Source of the DNA: Balanoglossus misakiensis
Lineage: Eukaryota > Animalia > Hemichordata
Assembly (NCBI GenBank): GCA_040954595.2
Contig: CM082579.2
Coordinates: 4,019,227 to 4,083,226 of the forward strand
Length of the DNA stretch: 64,000 nucleotides
Direction: 5' to 3'
Position numbers and translations under genes: made by a program. Numbering within the stretch: the stretch's first letter is position 1; each line of letters opens with the position of its first letter. The notes below the pieces were generated by a model. The model worked only from the letters and a program-made list of their open reading frames with translations, did not search any database and was not told where the DNA came from. Positions 40,301-49,199 of the stretch are shown here, piece after piece.

Positions 40301-43300
40301 GTTAATTAATTTATATTACCACACTTTGCTAATTGCATTTCCAATACTCCCCCTGAAACATACTCGACAAATAATTAGCAACAGATTTCTTTTCTGTAAA
40401 AAGAAAGCTGCTGACTCAATAATTTGGAGGATAAGAAAGAACCCTGGCTTTTGAAAGGTCCATTGAGTGAGTAATATTTAAATCTCGAAGGCCTGGATTT
40501 ACATCTCATTTGGAATTAGTTTAGAGAAACGATGCACACATTATCTTGAAAGACCAACTGTAGTATCAGTCAACAGAGAGGATTCCACGTTACCACATCC
40601 TGCATTTTTTCCGAAGCAGCCGGATTAAGAACAGCTTCTGAGAGAAGAGTTAACAATGTGGAGTGACAATCTTGGCAAAATTTCAATATAAAAAGTAGCA
40701 GCGGGAATTCTTAAAACACGACATGGGCATTTCAATCAAATTAACTGGCTATTGTATAACCTTGCACATGGATGACACTTGTATGAACGAGAGCAAAAAC
40801 CACCGTGTTGAGCAAAACAGTTCAGGATGAATCAGGCTGCCAGGCCGTTTCAAAGCAATCAGTGTATGTGCCATGTGTGTGTTTATGGTGTCAATACTGC
40901 ACGAATACTGATTTTAACACACAAAGCATGTTCACTTCAGGGATTTCCCTATTCAAAAGGGCCGTCGGCTGCACTTTTAGCCAATACAGCTCTGGATGTT
41001 TGCAAGCAAATGGCACCTTTCAAAGCTTGCATGGGGGTACATTAAGGCAACCTTTGCACTCCCTATAAAATGCTTTTCATTCACCCTTCAGACCCTGATA
41101 GGCACTAAAAAGCGTGGTCAGAGGTCACCAGAACTCAAACTACCAAACTGCTCTTCCAATCTACCCAATGCAACGTACAATATCAAAGACAGCATTGATT
41201 CCCAACCCTGTTTTTGCCAAGCTCCCTAGTAAAAACCGCGGCACACAAAAATATGTTCAGGAAGCTGTTTTCAAAATTTGTTCACACTGAATGCATCACT
41301 GACGCACAATTTATTAAAGAAATCCGACTCCACATTTGATTAGGGCCGGCTGTTGTCAGTGGACAACGGAAGGAACCTGGGGTGGGGGGATACCTGCGAG
41401 GGCTCGTATTTCTCACCCTCTCCTCCTTTTAAGTGTTACCCAATCAATTATCCCCAAGGTGGAATTTCCTCACAAACCCACAAGCCCGGCACCATGGGGT
41501 ACAGATGGCTGCATATTGACTATTTTTCAGCTGCATACATGTTATCTGCATGGTTGGGCTCTGGCCTGAACAACTATGCCAAGAATGTCGCTGACTCCCC
41601 CAAAATTGCATAAGAACACGGCTAGGACATATCGCTGTGCAATAAAAATACATGCATCATTCTGAAGTGGACAGCAGGCGGAATTTCTCAAGTCTGGCTG
41701 GCGGCTTGTTATTCAGTGCTTGGTACCTGACCGATCTTTCAATGTAGGTTAAATGCACCAAGAATTTATATTGCTCTCAAAAATGTACTTCTGGTCTTTT
41801 TAAGTGGAAAAAAACACAAAAACAATTGCATTTACTAACTGACTGACTATTCTTAATGTGAAAGACACTCTTTTGGCAAATATAACTTATAAGCACATTT
41901 ATAAGCATGCAATTCTGCTATTAGAACATCATTCATACAAATGTAACGGATTGTGTGCATTCACAACAATACAAGTCCCGTTCTAATTCAACGTTTTTGC
42001 CCGAGGTGACTGGGGGTGGAATAATCACAACTGTTGTAATTTATCACCTGATTTTGAACCCAAGTACCGCTTGCTTTGGCTACCACACAGTTTTAAACGG
42101 CTTTTTTCAAAGTTATAGCAAATATAAATACTAGTACATACATTCACTGGAGAGTCTAGAGAAGGCAACCGTCTACATGACCTGTCATGTTTTGGGTAGA
42201 ACTCCAGCCTGGCTCCAATCCAGATTAAACACAGGTAAACAAAGGATGGAGAAAAAACATCCATTTCCTCTACAGTTAGTGTTGGTAAACTGTAAGACGA
42301 TCCTTCCAAGATGAAAACTGAACTATGTAAGAAATGCCAGTGTTTCTACACTGGGGGGTTACAAGTTTACACAAATAAACCTTCAGATTTCACCTGCATT
42401 TCTCCATAACCCTTGGAATTTTGCTACTTTGCAGAACGCTTTAAAAAGAAAATGTTCGCATACCTGTATCATCTATGGTGAATCTTCCCAGTCCAGAGCC
42501 ATCCCTAATGGAATAAGTAATCCTGCCGTCATTCCCTGGATCTTCATCCGTGGCAACCACCTGCATTACTACAGTCCCGATGTCGGAGTTTTCGTAGACC
42601 GATCCGTTGGTGACGAAGTTGTCGAAGAGCGGCACATGGATGTTTTCGTTCACATCGATCACCTCCACTTCAATTTTGCAGGTGGACGACAGTCGAGTGG
42701 TGCCCTTGTCTTTGGCCTTTGCCGTGATGTTGTATACCTGCTGCTGTTCATAGTCCAGCGGCTCCACAAGGCGGACCACCCCTGTCTCCTCATCAATCTC
42801 AAACTTGTCTTCAAAGCCACTTAGCAGGGAATACTTGACAATGCCGCCACTGCCTTCGTCTGGGTCCCTTGCCTCGATAGTGGTCACCACCGCGCCGACC
42901 GGAATATCTTCCCGTAGCTTCACCTGGTAAGTGTCCGGGACGAACTGAGGAGCGTTGTCATTCACATCCTCAAGGGTGACGGTCACCGTTGTAACACTAG
43001 ACAGCGGTCGGTCTTCTGCAAGGTCGGCGGCTTGAACCCTCAACACGTGAACTTGGGTGACTTCTCTGTCCAAGGGTTGGGCCACAAACAGTTCCCCACT
43101 TTCTGGGTCAATGGAAAACTGATCAGTGTCGCTAATTATAGAGAACCTGATTTCGCCGTTTGTCCCTTGGTCTCTGTCCAACGCCTCCACCTTCAGCACA
43201 GAAGTGCCCCTGGCCACGTTTTCAGACAATGTTTTCTCATACAGCTCTGAGTAAAACACTGGCCTGTGGTCGTTGGCATCTTCCAAAGTCACATGGATTG

Positions 43301-45770
43301 TTTTCTTATCCGTCTGACTGGGACTGCCAAGATCAGCAACTGAAATGGTCAGGTCGTATCCAGTTAGCCTTTTCTCACGATCCAACTCGGCCTGGACCAA
43401 GAGCTCACCAGTGAAAGTATCGATCTTGAAGCAGCTATCTGTGTTGCCGTCGGCGATGACATACACCACCTCTCCGTTGTAACCGGGGTCGATATCCGTC
43501 GCCGTCACGGATAAAATACTGGAACCGACCGGCAGATCTTCGCGCACAGTAATTTCGCTGGGAATGTCGGAGTCAAACTGGGGCGCATGGCGATTGGTGT
43601 TGAATCTCTGGTAATCCACAACAAATCTGTCCTTGTTGTTCTTGTCCAGGTTGGCCTTGGCATACAGTTCACCAAGTTCACTGGCTACGTCTGTAGACTG
43701 ACACTGCATCCGTACATTCTTCCTCTTGGCATTGACATTGCGGTTGTTCATGATGGTGATGTTCATGAACATCGGGTCAGCAAAATTGGTCCCGTCTTTG
43801 GCAGTGATTTTCAAATTGTACAGCAGTGGGTCGGCGTTCTCCACCGGGCGCGACAGCATCAGATCGCCGGTCTGGCTGTTCAACTCAAACAGATCGTTGA
43901 TGTTGCCCGATATGATTTCGTAACTTATGATGTTGCCATCATCAAAGTCCAACGCCGAGACCACGGTAACCGGCTCATGGAGGGGGGCATCGCGCGAAAT
44001 GACGCCCATGCAATTGATCTTCTCGAATATGGGCTTGTTGTCGTTACTGTTCATAACTTTGATGGTGACGTTGACGTCGGCTTCCCGGCGATACGGTTCA
44101 CCCCAGTCCGATGCTCTCACGTTTAAGATGTACGTCGTCCTCATGGACTCGTGGTCTAACACCTGCGTGGTGGAGATGGCTCCAGTGAAATGATCAATGG
44201 CGAAAGGCACGGCGTTCAGGTTGGCAATCGTGTAGGAAATGTAACCATTCTCTCCGGCATCTTCATCTCCAGCATTCACGGTGATCACTACAGTTCCTTC
44301 CGGCTGGTTCTCCTCTACTGTTCCAGAGTACGACGTCTGGTTGAAAACCGGGCTATTGTCGTTTGCGTCCAGCACCGTAACAGACACGGTCGTTGTTCTC
44401 TGCCTTCTGGATCTCGGATATTCGGTGTTTGTGGCGGACACGCCAAGGTTGTAAGTGGTTTCCCGCTCGCGGTCCAGTTGTTTGGAAATGAAGATGAAAC
44501 CGGTGTCTGTATTGATCTCGAAATCACCGCCTTCGTTTCCAGAAATGATCTCATAGGCGATTTTAGCGTTACCGCCGATGTCACTGTCCGTGGCTTTGAC
44601 ACCGACAACCGGGGTGTACATCGGAGCAACCTCGCTCACTTCTACCGCATAATGGTCTTGTAGGAAGACAGGTGCCTGGTCATTTCTGTCCAGTAGCACC
44701 ACTTCAATAGTTTTCATGGCTGTTTTCGGGGGAGTACCTCTATCAGCGGCCAAGATGGTCAGGTTGTAGCCAAGGGTGGTCTCCCGATCCAATGCTTTAC
44801 TGAGCTTGACATTGTACTCATTGGTGTTTGATTTTTGCTTCAAAACAAAATGATTCAGTGGGTCTCCAGAAAATATGCTAACAAAATCAATCTCACCATT
44901 TTGCCCATAGTCTTGATCAGTCACACTGATGATGGCGTATGTTTTATCGCTGGTGCCGGGCTCGTACACCTGCGTGTGGTGCACCTCGGTGATTTGTGGT
45001 GCATATTTATTCACAGGTACTATCTGGATGGTCAGCGACGCCGTACTGTCCGGGACGCTGCCAGTCAGGGATCTGTCCTGTGCGTTCACAGTCAGTCTGT
45101 ACTCATTCAACTCCAAGTAATTCACCGGCCTCGTCAGTGTCACAACACCACTGGTAGGGTGAATGGCAAATATATTGGTGGACTGCGAAAAGCTGTAGTA
45201 CACATTGCCGTTGGTGCCGATATCGGCGTCCGTTGCCAGCACCCTGGCGATACTCGACTGAAGCGGCGTGTCCTCGGGCACGCTGACCGTGTAGCGTGAC
45301 TGCTCAAAGAGCGGCCGCAAGTCGTTGATGTCCGCGATTCTGATGACAACCTGCGTCCTGGCGACCTGATCGGAGCCTTTACTCCGGACAGAGGCTTCGA
45401 CCGTCAACTTGTACTCATCCTGGACTTCTCTGTTAAAAACTGTGCTCCTGCAGCTGCTCTCCCCTTTCCTACAAGGAGCTGTCCTTATCCTCAGAAAGTA
45501 AAAATCCCCAACCAATGTCCCCACGGCTCGGAACAACCGGCCGTCTCCGTCCACGATATTGAACCGAACAGAAATCTCCGGGTCTGACACGTAAATTCCC
45601 ATTTTTTCTGTCGGCGTGACGTACGCTTTGATGAGAGAGTTCTCTGGAATCGTGGCATTGTAGACATCTTTTGTGAATTTAAACTCAGTCTCCGCCCGGG
45701 AGAGTGACACAAATGCCACACACAGGCAGACACCGATCGCCAGCCAATTACGCGTGTTCCACGATGCCAT
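1..45770 (-). CDS. FAT1: Fat-like atypical protocadherin (FAT1/2/3 co-orthologue, kug/Fat2 subfamily); 25 coding exons in window, 3' end beyond position 1
   Basis: Exons join in frame through GT-AG junctions (13,071 nt = 4,357 aa). Repeated cadherin motifs (PxF, AxDxD, LDRE/LDYE, DxNDN), then EGF-LamG-4xEGF-TM. Tail motifs [12 protein letters not shown] and [19 protein letters not shown] resemble vertebrate FAT1/FAT3 rather than FAT4/Dachsous. The symbol is given for the closest vertebrate group. Confidence 0.95.
1489..1652 (-). CDS. FAT1: Fat coding exon 24 (164 nt): start of Laminin-G
   Basis: ctacag|[14 protein letters not shown]...IRT...GNIMF...YSILE|gtaagt; phase 1-0. Confidence 0.92.
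1861..2010 (-). CDS. FAT1: Fat coding exon 23 (150 nt): first EGF-like domain
   Basis: ttccag|TEDCEDL...[12 protein letters not shown]...CAC...DCV G|gtaagc; phase 1-1. Confidence 0.9.
2187..2229. repeat. Imperfect (AGTAC)n pentanucleotide repeat
   Basis: gtacagtacagtagagtacagtaccgcacagtacagtacagta. Confidence 0.8.
2267..3281 (-). CDS. FAT1: Fat coding exon 22 (1,015 nt): last cadherin repeats and Cys-containing linker
   Basis: tcacag|[10 protein letters not shown]...[11 protein letters not shown]...CVCKEK A|gtatgt; phase 0-1. Confidence 0.93.
3371..3475. mobile_element. Second copy of the same MITE family, in a 215-nt Fat intron
   Basis: Starts ttaaccctttt; shares the identical 19-mer agtccaactttaccataga and tttggRccaaaccat with 20586..20684; the right end is degenerate. 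Confidence 0.65.
3497..3643 (-). CDS. FAT1: Fat coding exon 21 (147 nt)
   Basis: ctacag|[14 protein letters not shown]...DINDNPPMF...VNTQ|gtgagt; phase 0-0. Confidence 0.92.
3812..3949 (-). CDS. FAT1: Fat coding exon 20 (138 nt)
   Basis: caatag|[11 protein letters not shown]...ELDREK|gtgagc; phase 0-0. Confidence 0.92.
4119..4333 (-). CDS. FAT1: Fat coding exon 19 (215 nt)
   Basis: tcacag|[12 protein letters not shown]...GDSVLQ|gtaaga; phase 1-0. Confidence 0.92.
4498..4884 (-). CDS. FAT1: Fat coding exon 18 (387 nt)
   Basis: ttccag|[10 protein letters not shown]...FRIDPMT G|gttagt; phase 1-1. Confidence 0.93.
5058..5291 (-). CDS. FAT1: Fat coding exon 17 (234 nt)
   Basis: ttaaag|[12 protein letters not shown]...ATDPDT G|gtaatg; uncommon AAG acceptor, but frame and motif fit; phase 1-1. 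Confidence 0.9.
5490..5643 (-). CDS. FAT1: Fat coding exon 16 (154 nt)
   Basis: tttcag|[14 protein letters not shown]...MNAKT G|gtgagt; phase 0-1. Confidence 0.92.
6019..7082 (-). CDS. FAT1: Fat coding exon 15 (1,064 nt)
   Basis: ccacag|[13 protein letters not shown]...[11 protein letters not shown]|gtgagt; phase 1-0. Confidence 0.94.
7211..7352 (-). CDS. FAT1: Fat coding exon 14 (142 nt)
   Basis: gtgcag|[11 protein letters not shown]...PMTDK G|gtgagg; phase 0-1. Confidence 0.9.
7541..7755 (-). CDS. FAT1: Fat coding exon 13 (215 nt)
   Basis: ttgcag|[12 protein letters not shown]...DINDNAPLF...AVIT|gtaagc; phase 1-0. Confidence 0.92.
8264..8569 (-). CDS. FAT1: Fat coding exon 12 (306 nt)
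   Basis: ttgcag|[11 protein letters not shown]...FTIDPDS G|gtgagt; phase 1-1. Confidence 0.92.
9234..9863 (-). CDS. FAT1: Fat coding exon 11 (630 nt)
   Basis: ctgtag|[12 protein letters not shown]...IDSST G|gtgaaa; phase 1-1. Confidence 0.93.
10478..10699 (-). CDS. FAT1: Fat coding exon 10 (222 nt)
   Basis: ccccag|[23 protein letters not shown]...IDHNT G|gtaggt; phase 1-1. Confidence 0.92.
10928..11105 (-). CDS. FAT1: Fat coding exon 9 (178 nt)
   Basis: attcag|[11 protein letters not shown]...ASDK G|gtgagt; phase 0-1. Confidence 0.92.
11261..12756 (-). CDS. FAT1: Fat coding exon 8 (1,496 nt)
   Basis: ttgtag|[11 protein letters not shown]...VGDIVRK|gtaagt; phase 1-0. Confidence 0.95.
13230..13253 (-). 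CDS. Candidate alternative 24-nt microexon of Fat (VKGAIRRR)
   Basis: ttccgcag|TGAAAGGAGCTATCCGCCGTCGAG|gtttgg; phase 1-1 matches the flanking exons and there is no stop. It has a long AG-free upstream zone and splicing-regulator motifs. No transcript evidence is available. Confidence 0.6.
15452..15938 (-). CDS. FAT1: Fat coding exon 7 (487 nt)
   Basis: ttgcag|[15 protein letters not shown]...ELTYSIVS G|gtaggt; phase 0-1. Confidence 0.94.
16101..16243 (-). CDS. FAT1: Fat coding exon 6 (143 nt)
   Basis: ctacag|[13 protein letters not shown]...LDWE...VAHTQ|gtaaga; phase 1-0. Confidence 0.9.
16479..16701 (-). CDS. FAT1: Fat coding exon 5 (223 nt)
   Basis: ctccag|[10 protein letters not shown]...[12 protein letters not shown]|gtaagt; phase 0-1. 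Confidence 0.9.
16874..17188 (-). CDS. FAT1: Fat coding exon 4 (315 nt)
   Basis: ttgcag|[11 protein letters not shown]...LYDLT|gtgagt; phase 0-0. Confidence 0.93.
20586..20684. mobile_element. About 100-bp MITE with TTAA-CCCTTTCA...TGAAAGGG-TTAA-type ends (piggyBac-like termini)
   Basis: ttga CCCTTTCA ... TGAAAGGG ttaa terminal inverted repeat; the core is shared with 3371..3475. Confidence 0.7.
25743..25804 (-). CDS. FAT1: Fat coding exon 3 (62 nt; not in ORF track)
   Basis: tttcag|GT GTG ATC ACG ACC ACG AAC AGA AAG CTG GAC AGG GAA...GAG|gtgagt gives [21 protein letters not shown]. It supplies the missing LDRE segment and converts phase 1 to phase 0 as required. Confidence 0.93.
31859..32173 (-). 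CDS. FAT1: Fat coding exon 2 (315 nt)
   Basis: ttttgcag|GA ACG ATT CGC gives [19 protein letters not shown]...IDQDTG; donor gtaggt; phase 1-1. Confidence 0.95.
34695..34782. mobile_element. Diverged, inverted copy of the same MITE family
   Basis: aaccctttcacc ... aggaaaacgagggtgataggtttaa resembles the reverse complement of 20586..20684. Confidence 0.5.
42464..45770 (-). CDS. FAT1: Fat coding exon 1: signal peptide and about 10 cadherin repeats (3,307 nt; the exon starts at 45788 with 18 nt of 5'UTR)
   Basis: Acceptor ttgcag at 45789-45794; ATG at 45770 in context aagATGG; hydrophobic signal [26 protein letters not shown]; donor ACAG|gtatgc, phase 1. Confidence 0.95.
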
Positions 45771-48290
45771 CTTCGTAGTTAGTGGTATCTGCAATTAGAT
45801 AAATAGAACTGACATGTAAGTAGGTGGAATTTCTCTTTTTTAATCACACATCTACAGGAATCCTCATCATGATGAATTTCACCCCAAGGAAAAACTACAG
45901 GGGCTCATGCTGTTTTACTCAGAGCAAAAATACATTTGCTTCACTGGAGAACGAGGAGTTACAATCACACGACTCGAACCTTCTAGGGGAGCTAAAATAA
46001 TTATAAAGCAACACTTTGGCTTTGCCATGGAAGCAAACTATTAGCGAAGAAAGAATGAAATAATGGTTCGTTTTTGTCCACTGTGGAAAGCGATGCCACT
46101 GTGTACCTGAATAGCTTTACCTGTGCTGAATGGCATGCAATTCAAATTTGAAGGGAAAGGTAAATTGTGGCCAGACACTTTCAAAGTGAATCAACTCTGA
46201 CCTCTCGGCTAAGATGAAACCTGGATGTAAGCACTGCAGGTAAAGTGTGTTTACTGTTCAAATAGAGCCGAGTGTGTGGATTGGGTTTAGTTAGGTTATT
46301 ATGACAAAGGTGCATTGTGACCACGATTCGTGCTGCCAACTCAATGAACCTGCGTGGAGAAAAGGTTGAGTGAGGAGTGGAAAAGGAAACCAGAATTGCC
46401 AGACGCCCGGAAAGGGAATGAGATCCCACCCTCCAATTCAGGACACATCTACGATTCCTTTGATAACAGAAATAACCTTGAAATTCAAGGGTGTAACACA
46501 AAAGTTCTTCCCTACCCTCACAAAAAAATAAAAAATCTGCAATGAAACCCTCAAAGTTCTCACTTTCTATAATCGGTTAAATAATACTTTTTGTAGGGTT
46601 GTTATTTTTTCGGCTTGTTTATTCTTGGTACACACTACACTTCAACAAAAGGTATACTGCAAGTTTAGATCAGTGAGAAATTTGAGGACAGCACTACACC
46701 GGCCACCCATGCTTGTTATACATGTAACCAAAACCCCAGTCGGCACTGTATTGACCTGAGTTAAAAATGAGCACCTTATTTTGACTCAAACACACCACAG
46801 CAGATGGTCTGTAAGGAAAACGATTGTTTCAGTACAATTGCACAAATTCTCTTGTTTTAGTACCAGCATTTAAATTTCAATTGACGAAATGAACATGTTT
46901 TAAATCCTGGTATATTTCACCTTTAAAATTACAACAAAAATATTAAGCAACAGAAAAATAACTAATGAAATTTTAACAATATTTAAATGAAAATATTGTT
47001 ATTTGCATCAAATATGCTATAGTGTCAATTTTATGTTAAGTATACTGGGCAGGTGGCCTAGAATTATCTAATAAAGGCTAAAATACTTCATCTAAAAATT
47101 ATGCTGATAAACAAAAATATATTTAAAATGTGATAAACTAGAAAAAAAATCTTCTAGTCAGGACAAGTGAAAATATCTGGAATTGTAGAAAGCCATACAC
47201 AGTACAATGTGTATTAGTATATATAGGCAGCAGTTGTCTGTTATTTATGGAGTTCTTCACAGTGAACAAGACCCCATTGTACAACATTAATTCAGGTCGC
47301 TTTCAGGCCAGATGCAACCAACGCCTGTTGTATATTTCCCTCAAAAAGCTGTCTGATCGCAAATTACTACATAGATTTATTTGTTTGCCTTTAGGTTCTA
47401 GGGCTTGGAAGGGTCGGTGTCATCGCCACGGTTTGTGATCTGGACCTGCGGCAAATTTGTGGAGGTGTTGGTCAGGACACCTACACAAATTACTCATCAA
47501 TGACACCCCCCCCCCCTCCCCACGAAAAAAAAGTAATTCCAGTCTGGGGGGAGGGGTAGTATGTTATGAAACTTGACATTTTATTTTCCAAGAAATCAGT
47601 ACATAATCTTCAACAAACCGACGACAGACAAAATATTTGTGGCATTTTATCGGTCCAGCTGATAAAGGCCAATTTTTATCAGTGTTCAAACACTGTCATA
47701 ACCACCTTTCAGTACACCAACTTTCCCCTGTTGCTTTAATACACTTTTATAAAATCGAGATTTGACCTGGTGGTCCGAGCACAATTGGCTTAAACCCAAA
47801 AGATATTGTAAGACTGTCAACTGTTGATAACACTTGACACAGCGTGGGGCTGCAATCTGAACAATTAATTTTCTAAAATGGTGCAGATGCGTTAGGCGAA
47901 TTCAAAATAGCTGCGAGTCGTCGAGAGAAACCAACACGACGATGTTGTGGTCACGCACAGTGACTACAACCATACTTCGCTATCTGCCATGAAGTCGTTA
48001 CTGCTCTAGCATAACCACAGTGACACTCGATCTCAAAAAAAGACCAACCATCACTGACTATCCGCGAAAATTGAAAGAAAGGACACTTAAGAAGAGCAAA
48101 GATTGTCAAAACTCAGGAGAAAAAAAATAATCAGTCACCGCCTCCGAGGTGACTGATTCTAGGTCCACCATCCAACGACTGGACGAGGTCCCAATGACTC
48201 CACACACAAGCGCAAACACACTACGCTCCACACACCACCCAAATCAACCATATGACAGACGTTAAGAAAAAAATAATCTCATACACAAAC

Positions 48291-48460
48291 CTCCTCTATA
48301 GTTGCTTCACCGTTGTACAGAATATATGGGAAATAGCCACCATTTCTTCCATTTTACGCTACATTCCTGGCTATGATACATTCCCTTCGGCCGCCAAACA
48401 GAACGAAGCAAGCCGCTCAGCTGAAAACCGAAGAACTGCCTGCCCTTAACACTTAATATA
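48291..48460 (-). promoter_or_regulatory. Possible non-coding first exon / promoter region of Fat
   Basis: The ATG exon begins with a splice acceptor, so an upstream exon is required. Here there is a possible donor GAG|gtttgt at 48291/48290, TATATTAA followed by GCAGTT, and two GGAATG motifs. The location is a guess. Confidence 0.25.
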
Positions 48461-49102
48461 TCTCTACGCTGGTACTATTTTATGTATAAGTTCTCTGATT
48501 TATACATACAATTTTCAGATAGCCAAATAATGTCCGAATATACTTTAAATCATTAACTTTAAGTGAAACTAAACAAAAATGGTCCATTTATGGAGATGAA
48601 AGGTAGAAATGGCATATTAAAAATGACGCGCATTGATACATAAAAAAAGTGTTGGCTCCTCCCATTCTCTCTTGACTGAACGAAATTCGTCAATAAAAGC
48701 CCTGTTCTATCTATTCAACTGTTGAATAAGTAATAAGCGGCCTTAAGGACTAACTGTAACCCCAAACAGAGCAGTTTACCAAGCTCTAATCAATTCCACG
48801 TCGAAGACTTCACTATCACTTATGAATATGCGAATTATTTATCTGGGTGTAAACTGCTCGTTTTGAAAAAAAAAGCCATAATCGGAGGCCCTACTTCCAC
48901 AGTACCCTCATTGGCCGACATAGTTCCCCATGGGATCCAATAGCCAACCTTTTGTATATGCTTTGTGTATAATCCTACTGTGTTACCGGTGAAGATTGAC
49001 AGACACCTACAAATGCATTTTGCATAAAGCGAATAATGCAACCATTATTCACGGAAAGAAAAAAAAAGCACGACGGCCTATTTTATCTGCAAAATCCAGG
49101 TC

Positions 49103-49105
<3 letters not shown>

Positions 49106-49195
<90 letters not shown>
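49106..49195. repeat. Perfect (TC)n microsatellite, about 45 units
   Basis: Direct reading. Confidence 0.98.

Positions 49196-49199
<4 letters not shown>

Noticed and set aside
1363-42463. Minor (U12) or non-canonical introns in Fat
   Set aside because: All 24 reconstructed introns are ordinary GT-AG with U2-type donors.
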